In this document: positions 41,401-49,079 of the stretch, piece after piece | Numbering within the stretch: the first letter of the stretch is position 1 | Layout: each line of letters opens with the position of its first letter | Assembly: GCA_963849945.1 (NCBI GenBank) | Contig: CAWKJD010000003.1 | Location: 232,678 to 296,677 of the forward strand | Direction: 5' to 3' | Source of the DNA: an uncultured Bacteroidales bacterium | GTDB taxonomy: Bacteria > Bacteroidota > Bacteroidia > Bacteroidales > VadinHA17 | Length of the DNA: 64,000 nucleotides | Translations under genes and position numbers: made by a program | Notes under the pieces: model-generated | What the model saw: the letters and a program-made list of their open reading frames with translations, nothing else | The model's database searches: none | Told to the model about the DNA's origin: nothing

Positions 41401-41463
41401 CACTGCCTGTCCCAAAACAATAAACAGGAATATCAGGGTGAGTAAATGACGTATCTGACTCAT
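38395..41463 (-). CDS. TPR + CHAT-domain (caspase-like) protease with signal peptide and C-terminal TM anchor
   Basis: N-terminal hydrophobic signal, TPR repeats, AFEFSERSK, ISPDNILSYLPFETL, IIHLAMH (His), VVLSSCNTG (Cys), SLARGF..AG..SVVMSMW, HPYYWA, C-terminal LYTALLLLLMVSAVLIATVY. Confidence 0.92.
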   Translation of the reverse strand: MSQIRHLLTLIFLFIVLGQAVYPASLFSSSFNPEGTEGRDTVALRLADLNSDLQAAIESGEADGKTDILAEEINKILSAKEITDSVLLSDSYYITGHYFLRRNMFGEAIESFTKSARLREHAGVSDLKYALCLSNLAATFFKTGDFSRGYDVGMKGLEARRLVIGSDSSSLAGNYLNLASICLEMNESDDAISLAEAGLRLAGTYPEKVTHARTADLYQVIGLSLCRNSEYTKSLDYCKEALKLYDRYGTDKSGSKQLILNTMSQLYKNLDQPEEAEKCFKRGLSLSDEPDTREKYLLYINYASFLDGRGREAEGEKVLEDGIAYVRKAFGTDSREYCLILAARADFERQTPGSGYRALEIYMSCLPYLESHPWDNSMKRYIMTDYAETLFDLGQYNKALEVADTIIGSTESTADVSASAEVKGSYSSDDLRVLMLRYRCLNAMARASGEDDILKDAVEKGREVMSLLDRQRLEMSEEESRTNLSAYSREFYTGMIDNYVQLYNRQHDQSYLRGAFEFSERSKVAGFLASMRELNAAKFSLPEDLVNKNNEIRGKIGFYKEKIINEKSKARPDSQKIATWEQVNFGLLRSRDSLIRIFEKSYPSYYNLKFKSEVTPLDDITNVIGRKANLLSYVLTEEKLYIFVTNRHHTEIITRDIDSSFFGSLDRFRKMLSVMPGTSSVRQPFNEYMDLSFELYNILLKPAEPFLKGDKIIISPDNILSYLPFETLITEEFRSPELLYREAPFALKKYRFSYIYSVTLSSETQVRSRNLSNELIAFAPTYKGMQIDDSLLTLYPNLRGEIRSLPYAVIEAEDAVRQCGGKAFIGENATEAAYKSQARNYKIIHLAMHTLVNDSHPAFSKMIFSRPSGGGGEDGMLNTYEVYNVPINAMMVVLSSCNTGTGMLATGEGILSLARGFLFAGSRSVVMSMWAVEDYSASEVIKSFYKNMRSGETKSSALRSARLKFLRSADQTRSHPYYWATLVIYGDDTPLWFNRVKLYTALLLLLMVSAVLIATVYRGPRS

Positions 41464-41676
41464 CAGTGAGGTTCTTCTTTCTTTCCGGTGTAAAAATATA
41501 AAACTATTCCATACCCCCGTTTGTGAAGTTTTTTTGTCTTTTTATATGGCTGAAAATGAGCCAGATATGATTTCCTGAAAAAAATAATTGATTTTTTTGT
41601 GTCACAAATGGCCACTTTATGACATGTACGGTATAAAGTGCATTTAACCCTGATTAATTTATAAAAACTTTAAGAG

Positions 41677-41814
41677 ATGAAAACCCTGAAAATTGAAAAT
41701 TTTGCTGAGTATGTTCTTTCAAATGAAGAAATGATTAATGTCCGTGGCGGACTTGGTGGTAATGCAAAGGGTGAAACAGGCCCCACCAAGCCCCCCATTA
41801 TTATTGAGATCTGA
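41677..41814 (+). CDS. 45-aa double-glycine-leader peptide precursor (not in ORF track)
   Basis: Manual translation: MKTLKIENFAEYVLSNEEMINVRGG|LGGNAKGETGPTKPPIIIEI*. The leader matches LSxxE(L/M)xx(I/V)xGG. A/T-rich upstream region, and a C39 exporter lies 4 kb away. Confidence 0.82.
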   Translation: MKTLKIENFAEYVLSNEEMINVRGGLGGNAKGETGPTKPPIIIEI

Positions 41815-42010
41815 TTCTGATATAACGGCCTTTCAAAGGCCTGACAAAATATACTTTGTACAGGTGGACTCTGCCGGAGGCAGACCATCGTGGTGCAACT
41901 GAAAACATGCCCTCATGAAGGCATCGGCGCTCAGGAAGGCGCGTTGTAGAAAATTGTAATTAACTGTTTGACAGTTCTTTAAATAGAGGTGTGAAATAAT
42001 ATAATATAAC

Positions 42011-42754
42011 ATGAAGACGATTAATGTCAACAACACAATTGAGAATTACCTCAGCGGTATAACAGGCAAGGCTGAAGAAGCCTGGCTGAAAGAGGAGATT
42101 CGAAAAGATCCGGCCCTTGCCAGGGAGGTAAATCTCAGGCGCAGAACAAATGAGATTCTGGCTGACAGAAATATTATCGACCTGAGAACAAAGCTCGGAG
42201 CCATAGAAATGAAAAAACGCTATAGCGGAACTGTGCGCAGGACAGCTATAAGGGCAGCAAGTTATGCTGCAGCGGTGCTTCTTGTATTAATCATTTCCTC
42301 GGCATTGTATTTTGCCTTCAGACCCGGGTCAAATGAGATGCTTTTTAATAAGTACTATGCCCGGTATGAATCGCCAGGCAATGTCAGATCGGTGGTCAGT
42401 TCAGGTAACTCACTGATGGAGAATGCCATAGCCTCCTACTCAGCCAAAGAGTATGATAAGGCAATAGAGTATCTTCAACAGGTCATCAGCACCGGTCAGG
42501 CTGACATGGAAACTGTCTTCATGCACGGCGTTGCCAGCATGGAGGTAAGAAATTATCCTGCGGCAAGCGGTTCATTCACAAAGGTTATAGAGAATAATGA
42601 TAACCTTTATCTTGAAGATGCCGCATGGTACCTGGGCCTATGCTATATGAAGACCGGCGATGCTGAAAAAGCTCTGAATCAGTTCAAGGCAATAGCCGCG
42701 TCAAAGAGCAGATACAGCAAAGAGGCAGCAAAACTTGCGCGAAGACTTAAATAA
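42011..42754 (+). CDS. Membrane-anchored TPR protein, probable anti-sigma factor
   Basis: N-terminal IENYLSG...EEAWLKEEIRKDPALAREV (anti-sigma-like helical domain), TM YAAAVLLVLIISSALYFAF, C-terminal TPRs (AAWYLGLCYMKTGD). Confidence 0.75.
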   Translation: MKTINVNNTIENYLSGITGKAEEAWLKEEIRKDPALAREVNLRRRTNEILADRNIIDLRTKLGAIEMKKRYSGTVRRTAIRAASYAAAVLLVLIISSALYFAFRPGSNEMLFNKYYARYESPGNVRSVVSSGNSLMENAIASYSAKEYDKAIEYLQQVISTGQADMETVFMHGVASMEVRNYPAASGSFTKVIENNDNLYLEDAAWYLGLCYMKTGDAEKALNQFKAIAASKSRYSKEAAKLARRLK

Positions 42755-42778
42755 GGCTGAAACATCAAAGTTGTTCCG

Positions 42779-43519
42779 ATGATAAACAAACCTCAGATAA
42801 TAGAAGGAGTATCGCATGAGGTGCGTACACAGATGAACTCTATCGTCGCCTTTTCATACCTGCTGAACAATGCACGGTTCAGTGACAATGAAAAACGTGA
42901 GTTCTCTGAACAGATAATATCGTCATGCGAACAGCTCATAGGCCTTTTTGAAAATTTCTTTGATACTGCAGTCCTTGATTCAGGTTCATCAAAAGAAAAC
43001 CTCAGGGAAACGGATGCCGGTAAACTGTTTGAGTCACTAGCCTCAGAATTCAGGGTTTTACTGAGGAAAAAGGACAAGGACAATGTTATTCTCATTCAGG
43101 AGGATAACCTGCCGGAAAGGCTAATGTTGAGAATTGATAAGGCAAGGACAGGCAGAATAATAAGTAATCTCTTCAGGAATGCACTCAGCAATACTTTTTC
43201 AGGGTTTATAAAGCTGGGATGCACTTACAATGATGAGATGATCACGTTCTATATTAAAGATTCTGGCCAGGGTTTTTCGAGTAGCAGTCACCTGCTGCTT
43301 TCCGATAATCCTGAGATCCAATATTCCGACAGTCAGGATACCTATTCCGCTATGAATTTAATCCTGGCCAGAAATCTTATATCGGCATTAAAAGGTAAAA
43401 TCAGGGTTGAAACCAACGATGCCGGAGGTACTTCAGTTTTTGTCTCTTTACCAGCTAAAGAAAGTTCAGGGTTTAAAATACTAACCGGTTCTTCTTCGGA
43501 AAACAGAATTGCTATCTGA
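42779..43519 (+). CDS. Sensorless histidine-kinase-like protein (HisKA + HATPase, degenerate G2 box)
   Basis: SHEVRTQMNSI H-box, NLFRNAL N-box, IKDSGQGF G1. The G2 box reads AMNLILARNL instead of GLGL. Confidence 0.75.
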   Translation: MINKPQIIEGVSHEVRTQMNSIVAFSYLLNNARFSDNEKREFSEQIISSCEQLIGLFENFFDTAVLDSGSSKENLRETDAGKLFESLASEFRVLLRKKDKDNVILIQEDNLPERLMLRIDKARTGRIISNLFRNALSNTFSGFIKLGCTYNDEMITFYIKDSGQGFSSSSHLLLSDNPEIQYSDSQDTYSAMNLILARNLISALKGKIRVETNDAGGTSVFVSLPAKESSGFKILTGSSSENRIAI

Positions 43520-43560
43520 GTTTTTCTGAGGTATTAATGTTGTCTGATAAAAGTCAATTG

Positions 43561-43587
43561 AAGGGGAGGCGGTAGCTCTCCCCTTTT
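43561..43587. terminator. Probable bidirectional intrinsic terminator between convergent genes
   Basis: AAGGGGAG-GCGGTAGCT-CTCCCCTT followed by TT(ATTT). Confidence 0.75.
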
Positions 43588-45526
43588 ATTTATTTGCACC
43601 CTCTGAAAGTACAGTGATCTCGGTTCGCCTGTTAAGTTTCTTGCCCGCAGGGGTTTCATTGTCAGCGACCGGAGAGCCCTCTCCGTAACCGTGAGAAAAG
43701 AGGCGGTCAGGTTTTATACCTTTCTTTATCAGATACTCCCTGACTGAGTTGGCTCTTCTCTCCGAAAGCAGCTGGTTGTGCTCGTCGGTGCCGTCAGAAT
43801 CAGTGTGACCTCCTATCTCAACGATGACCATATTATTTATTGTAAGGAACTCCAGGAGCTTATCAAGTTCAGGCCTGGATTCTTCAAGCAGATCCCATGA
43901 GTCTGTATTATAAAAGACATTATACATCCTCATGTATTCTCCCTTTCTTACCCTGTTAAGCCCTATTGTCTTCCTGTACGGTTCTGTGGAGGTGTAACCT
44001 TCCTCAAAATCAAAGTTCTCGGAATAGATCATATACCCGTCGGCTGTCACATTCAATCCGTAGCTGAATCCTGACGGAAGGCAGACAAAGAAGCCGCCCT
44101 GATTATCAGTGGCCGAGGCGATCACCCTGGATCTGTTTGTGAGGTCTGTCAGTTCAAACTTTGCATTCAGGGGCTTCCCGTCTGCCTTGTCAATGACTTT
44201 TCCTTTCAGGTAAGAAACAGGTTCCGGCCGGATGGCTTCCGGAAGGTCAATGTAAAAAATATCCTTTCCTTTTGATTTCTCCCTGACCGAAGAGAAGAAA
44301 GCCCTTTTGCCTGAAGATTCAATTATCAGTCCGGTCTCATCTGCAGGGGTATTCACTGCCGGGCCAAGATTCACAGGGTCTGCCCATGAAGAATCCCGGT
44401 TAAGAGTTGTCACATATATATCATGGCCCCCGAATGATTCTCTGCCGTTTGAGGAGAAATAAAGCGTCCGGCTGTTGAAATAAATGAAGGGAGAGAATTC
44501 ATCGCCGCTGGTATTGATTGTCTTACCAGGGTTGACAGGTTTGCCCCATTTGCCGTCATTGCCGAGGATTGAGTACCAGATATCCATTCCACCAAATCCG
44601 CCGGGTCTGTTGCTCACAAAAAAGAGCATCCTGCCATTCGGGCTTATTGACGGTTGCGATTCCCAGTAGGCTGAGTTTACGGGTTGCCCGATATTCACCC
44701 CGGGTGACCATCTTGTACCGTCGAAAACTGAATAGTATATGTCACAGCGGCCCTGTCCGTCGTTCCGGTCACATGCTGTAAAATACATTGACCGGCCGTC
44801 AGAAGAGATTGACTGTGCCCCTTCATTACCTGCGGTGTTAAGCGGAGCTCCGGCATTGCGCGCTAATCCCCAGTAACTGCCACCCATCCATTTGCTGATA
44901 TAAAAATCCTCCTGCCTGTCTCGGCCATATGCGCTGGCCCGCCTGACCTCACGCGTGAAGCATAGTTCCATGCCGTCGCCTGTGACGGAAGGCCAGTATT
45001 CATCTAGTTCAGTGTTGACGGAATCTCCCACGCTCATAGGCTCTGTCTGAAAGAGGCTTCCGGGAAATGAGAGGGCGAAGATACAGTTTGAGATAAGCTG
45101 CTCCGCATCAGCCCTCAGCCTGGCAGTTGTTTTAGGCTGTCTGAGGTAAGCATCAAGATGGGATTTTGCCTCCTGGTATCGGCCTGTGCGCATCTCTGCC
45201 CTTCCAAGGTTATACAACGCCGGAGTAAAATACAGTGAGTCGAGGCTGATGGCTTTTCTGTAATGTGTAACTGCTTTTTCCCAATCGCCCTGATCGCTGT
45301 ACAACTGCCCGAGCAAAATATGAGCTTCATAGAACCGCGGATCTTCATCAACAGCGATCTTAAGGTTACTTTCAGCCTGGTCAAAATAAAGCATTTCATA
45401 ATCTCGTTTGCCAAGATCATAGAATTTCAGCGCCCTGCCGGAATGGGTATGCAGACCCTGTCCTGTCACTGAACAACGGCTCAGCAACAAAATCGAAAGT
45501 GCCAGTATGAATGTTCTGAAGCTCAT
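43586..45526 (-). CDS. TPR / PD40 beta-propeller / OmpA-like peptidoglycan-binding protein (PorE-like architecture)
   Basis: N-terminal TPRs, repeated NLG..VNT...E..P PD40 motifs, GHTDSDG...N..LSERRA, NRRTE. Confidence 0.88.
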   Translation of the reverse strand: MSFRTFILALSILLLSRCSVTGQGLHTHSGRALKFYDLGKRDYEMLYFDQAESNLKIAVDEDPRFYEAHILLGQLYSDQGDWEKAVTHYRKAISLDSLYFTPALYNLGRAEMRTGRYQEAKSHLDAYLRQPKTTARLRADAEQLISNCIFALSFPGSLFQTEPMSVGDSVNTELDEYWPSVTGDGMELCFTREVRRASAYGRDRQEDFYISKWMGGSYWGLARNAGAPLNTAGNEGAQSISSDGRSMYFTACDRNDGQGRCDIYYSVFDGTRWSPGVNIGQPVNSAYWESQPSISPNGRMLFFVSNRPGGFGGMDIWYSILGNDGKWGKPVNPGKTINTSGDEFSPFIYFNSRTLYFSSNGRESFGGHDIYVTTLNRDSSWADPVNLGPAVNTPADETGLIIESSGKRAFFSSVREKSKGKDIFYIDLPEAIRPEPVSYLKGKVIDKADGKPLNAKFELTDLTNRSRVIASATDNQGGFFVCLPSGFSYGLNVTADGYMIYSENFDFEEGYTSTEPYRKTIGLNRVRKGEYMRMYNVFYNTDSWDLLEESRPELDKLLEFLTINNMVIVEIGGHTDSDGTDEHNQLLSERRANSVREYLIKKGIKPDRLFSHGYGEGSPVADNETPAGKKLNRRTEITVLSEGANK

Positions 45527-46156
45527 TCAGGGAATATGCATGAATTTGTGTGCCTGCAATGAGACTGTCCAGTGTGTGTGCTTTTTGACATATTCGGTTA
45601 TTTCTGCAATCATTTCGGTATACCGGCTCCATTCAGGTTGTAAAAGGAGCCTGCATTCACCGCTGACCCTTTTCCGGTATTCCTCTGCAGCCTCAAAATC
45701 AGTGCCATCCTTAACAATAACCTTCAGTTCATCAGCCTTGAGCCATATTTCAGGCACCGGTAGTGAGCCTTTCTTGGGTGATAATGTGATCCAGTCCCAT
45801 GTTCCTGAAAGAGGATAAGCACCGGATGTTTCCAGATAAGTGCTTACACCTTTTTGTTTTAGCAGGTCACACAGGGGGCTCATATTCCACATAAGCGGTT
45901 CGCCTCCGGTAACAACTACTAAATCAGCTCCTGCGGCGATGACATTACCAACAATTACATTAATATCCACCATCGGATGCATGTCTGCATTCCATGAATA
46001 TTTTGTATCACACCAGCTGCATCCGATGTCACATCCGCCCACCCTGATGAAGTAGGCAGCTTTCCCGGTATTACATCCCTCCCCCTGGATGGAATAAAAC
46101 TCTTCCACAAGGGGAAGGCGCAAGCCGTCATTGTTGTCCTGAAGACTGACCATCAT
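45527..46156 (-). CDS. queE: 7-carboxy-7-deazaguanine synthase (radical SAM)
   Basis: EEFYSIQGEG, GCDIGCSWCDTK, TGGEP, ETSG, LSPK, SLQAHK. Confidence 0.92.
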   Translation of the reverse strand: MMVSLQDNNDGLRLPLVEEFYSIQGEGCNTGKAAYFIRVGGCDIGCSWCDTKYSWNADMHPMVDINVIVGNVIAAGADLVVVTGGEPLMWNMSPLCDLLKQKGVSTYLETSGAYPLSGTWDWITLSPKKGSLPVPEIWLKADELKVIVKDGTDFEAAEEYRKRVSGECRLLLQPEWSRYTEMIAEITEYVKKHTHWTVSLQAHKFMHIP

Positions 46157-47236
46157 CTATTTCTTATCGAGAGAGAGAAGCCTCATGAAATCACTGTAAA
46201 GCTCCGTGTTCTGCTGCACTCCTGAGAATGCGTCAGATCCGGGTCCGGAAGCAAACACGGGAACCATAACTCCCGTATGGCCTTTGGTTGAGAAAGTTCC
46301 CGAAACTCTCTTTTCAGTTATATCACCGTCTGTCAGGCTCAGACCGCCTGTCTCATGATCGGCTGTAACAACTATCAGGGTGTTTTTTGATTTTTTTGCG
46401 AATTCATATGCAACATTTACAGCCCTGTCCAAATCCAGGGTTTCGTTAACCACTCCGTCAAAATCATTATCATGGGCGGCCCAGTCAATCTCAGAGCCCT
46501 CAACCATCAGGATAAAACCATTTGGATTCCCTGAAAGGATTTCTATTGCCTTTGAAGTTGCCATGGCAAGGTAATTAGTGTCTCTCCCTCCCTTTATCGA
46601 AGGCATTCCCTGGTCTGCCAGAAGTCCGGCAAGCTTATTAGACCGGGACTTCTGCATGTCACTGACAGTGTATACAACATCGTACCCCATTTTTTTCAGA
46701 GCAACGGTAAGATCAGCAGAGTCCGTACGGTTAGTGAAGTAGTCTTTTCCGCCTCCGATAAATACGTCAGCTGTACCCTTCAAAAACCAGGTTGCGATAT
46801 CCTCGTAACTTGCTCTTGAGGCGTTATGGGCAATAAAGGCTGATGGCGTAGCATCGGTGACCTGAGATGTGCAGATCAAGCCAGATGACATCCCTTTTGA
46901 TTTTGCGGTCTCCATGATGGTGGTAAGTATTGTTCCGTCAGGGCGCATTGCAAGCATTCCGTTATTTGTTTTTTCTCCCGTTGATAACGCGGTGGCTCCT
47001 GCAGCAGAATCAGTAATATACCTGTTATTGGAATAGGTTATACTGAAGCCTGTCACTGGAAAGGCCGGGAAAGTCATTGTAAAACCGGAGGATGTCATGC
47101 CGGAATAAACCTGGGCCACCCCCATGCCGTCACCAATAAAAAGGATAAGGTTTTTGGGCTTCTTTTTGCCAACACCGGCAGCTGATAATGAAATAATTAT
47201 CAAAAAAACAAAAATCAGGCTAAGAGATTTTTTCAT
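46157..47236 (-). CDS. Alkaline phosphatase
   Basis: FIGDGMG, TDSAAGATA, EGSEIDWAAH, TADHETGG. Confidence 0.93.
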   Translation of the reverse strand: MKKSLSLIFVFLIIISLSAAGVGKKKPKNLILFIGDGMGVAQVYSGMTSSGFTMTFPAFPVTGFSITYSNNRYITDSAAGATALSTGEKTNNGMLAMRPDGTILTTIMETAKSKGMSSGLICTSQVTDATPSAFIAHNASRASYEDIATWFLKGTADVFIGGGKDYFTNRTDSADLTVALKKMGYDVVYTVSDMQKSRSNKLAGLLADQGMPSIKGGRDTNYLAMATSKAIEILSGNPNGFILMVEGSEIDWAAHDNDFDGVVNETLDLDRAVNVAYEFAKKSKNTLIVVTADHETGGLSLTDGDITEKRVSGTFSTKGHTGVMVPVFASGPGSDAFSGVQQNTELYSDFMRLLSLDKK

Positions 47237-47250
47237 TTTTAGAGTAATTT

Positions 47251-48975
47251 TTAATTGTTTCCGAAAAGCAATTTTCTTTCACGCCGTTCCGCTCCTGAAG
47301 CCCAATGCTCAGGTACAATGCTCCATTCGGAGAGAGGCACAGGTGTGATTTCACCTTTTTTTCTTATCCATTCTGTCATGTAGTACCTGAGATCACGGTC
47401 AGTTGCTGAAATAATCCTTGAAGCAAGCATAGCGTGAGTAATTCCGGCCGCTGCGAAGTGTCCGCCTCCGCCACTTGCCCTGTATGAATTTACAGCAACA
47501 GTATATGTATGGTCAGGATAGAAAGGAGTCCCGTCACTCATCGAGGTTATCGTTACTTTTGAACCTTCAGGTCTGGTCACATCCACAGTATATCGGATCC
47601 CCATTGCGGAATCAAAATTATATGAGGCGCTCTGAAGACGCAGCCTTCCGTTTACCAGAATCGGTTCGCCCTTCTCATTACAACGGTATCTCAGGAGATA
47701 GTCATTCCGGTTTTTCATTGTGTTGAACCATAATCCGTATGAATGCTCCAGGAAACGGTCTACCTCCGCTCCGGTCATTTTTACCGTGTACAGGAAGTTT
47801 TCGAACCTGTAGAGCCTGAACATATCCCTGATCCGCAGGTCACCCTTGCTGATCTGTGCGTCAAAGGATAGCGGGGCTGCAAATGATATCTCAGCACCAC
47901 TGATATCCAGCTGTATTCGATGTATCAGGTCAACAAACGCTGAAGGTCCGAAAAACGCATCCCGTGTTGTCACGGTGGCGTTTGATCTTCCTATTATTTC
48001 TGCGGTATATTTTTTTACGGTGTCAGAAACACCCTTATATCTTTTTATAAATGATGCGGAAGCCGGAAGGGTATTCATTTCGATAAGACTGCCGGTGATT
48101 TCACGGGCTCCGCTATTGTCCGGCTTCGTGCGGAGGGGTATATTTGCATGCATAAGGACCTCTGCCCTGCTGCCGCCATCCAGAAGCAACACTTTTTTCC
48201 CGGCCTTATTTACGACTTCCCTGATATCCTTGTTATGGTCATGACCGCAAAAAATAACGTCAAAACCCGGAACGTTGACAGCCACTGCCATGGAGCTGTT
48301 CTCATCGTCACTCTTCTCATCCTCATATCCTTCGCCGGAATGGAATAATCCGACAATGAGGTCAGGTTTCTCCTTCTGCATTACAGGCATCCATTTTCTT
48401 GCAGTCTTAACCATATCTTCAAACCTGATACCTTGATAAAGTGATTCAGGAAGCCAGTTTGGCACTGAAGGGGTAATTAATCCGAACACGATGATCTTCA
48501 TCCCCTTCTTCCGGATAACGGTATAAGGCTTAAAATACGGTTCATCTGTTTTTATATCGATTGCATTGGCTGCCATTAAGGGGAAGTCATATTCACGTCT
48601 TACCCTGTCATAGACTGCATGACCTGTCTCAATATCATGATTTCCTGCTGTTGCAGCATCATAGTGAAGATAGTTCAGGACATCGGCCACGATATGTTCG
48701 CGCGTGGTGTCCACAAAATTGTAATAGTAGGTCAGCGGGTCTCCCTGAAGTATATCCCCGTTATCCAGCAGGACAATATTATCACTGCCCGCCGTCGTGA
48801 CAAGTGAGGCGAGGTTTGCCAGTGAGTGGTCTGTAGCCGTTCCTTCGGTGTTATCAAACGGAAGGAGCATGCCATGCAGGTCAGTGGTTGCATAGATATC
48901 TAATACCTTTGACTCTTTGCAGCCGGAAAACAATAACAGCAGAAGGATGAATACTGACAATGACCGAATTCTCAT
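47251..48975 (-). CDS. Bifunctional metallophosphoesterase / 5'-nucleotidase (CpdB/UshA-like) lipoprotein
   Basis: Lipobox FSGC, TTDLHG, DNGDILQG, GNHD, GHDH. ATG at 48975. Confidence 0.9.
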   Translation of the reverse strand: MRIRSLSVFILLLLLFSGCKESKVLDIYATTDLHGMLLPFDNTEGTATDHSLANLASLVTTAGSDNIVLLDNGDILQGDPLTYYYNFVDTTREHIVADVLNYLHYDAATAGNHDIETGHAVYDRVRREYDFPLMAANAIDIKTDEPYFKPYTVIRKKGMKIIVFGLITPSVPNWLPESLYQGIRFEDMVKTARKWMPVMQKEKPDLIVGLFHSGEGYEDEKSDDENSSMAVAVNVPGFDVIFCGHDHNKDIREVVNKAGKKVLLLDGGSRAEVLMHANIPLRTKPDNSGAREITGSLIEMNTLPASASFIKRYKGVSDTVKKYTAEIIGRSNATVTTRDAFFGPSAFVDLIHRIQLDISGAEISFAAPLSFDAQISKGDLRIRDMFRLYRFENFLYTVKMTGAEVDRFLEHSYGLWFNTMKNRNDYLLRYRCNEKGEPILVNGRLRLQSASYNFDSAMGIRYTVDVTRPEGSKVTITSMSDGTPFYPDHTYTVAVNSYRASGGGGHFAAAGITHAMLASRIISATDRDLRYYMTEWIRKKGEITPVPLSEWSIVPEHWASGAERRERKLLFGNN

Positions 48976-49079
48976 CTGAACATTTTTTTTGGGTCCCCAA
49001 ATATAACCATTAACAATAACAATGAGATATCCGGAACAGTTGTCTACCCGCTCCTCTTTTTTAATATTTTTGTGTGAGC

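Noticed and set aside
41670-42036. Minus-strand ORFs 41670-41888 and 41833-42036
   Set aside because: No recognisable features. The first lies antisense to the much more convincing GG-leader peptide ORF and the second spans the palindromic spacer.
45527-46156. Radical SAM enzyme as a maturase for the GG peptide
   Set aside because: Its motifs and size are those of QueE. It has no SPASM or RRE domain and lies in a separate operon beyond a terminator.
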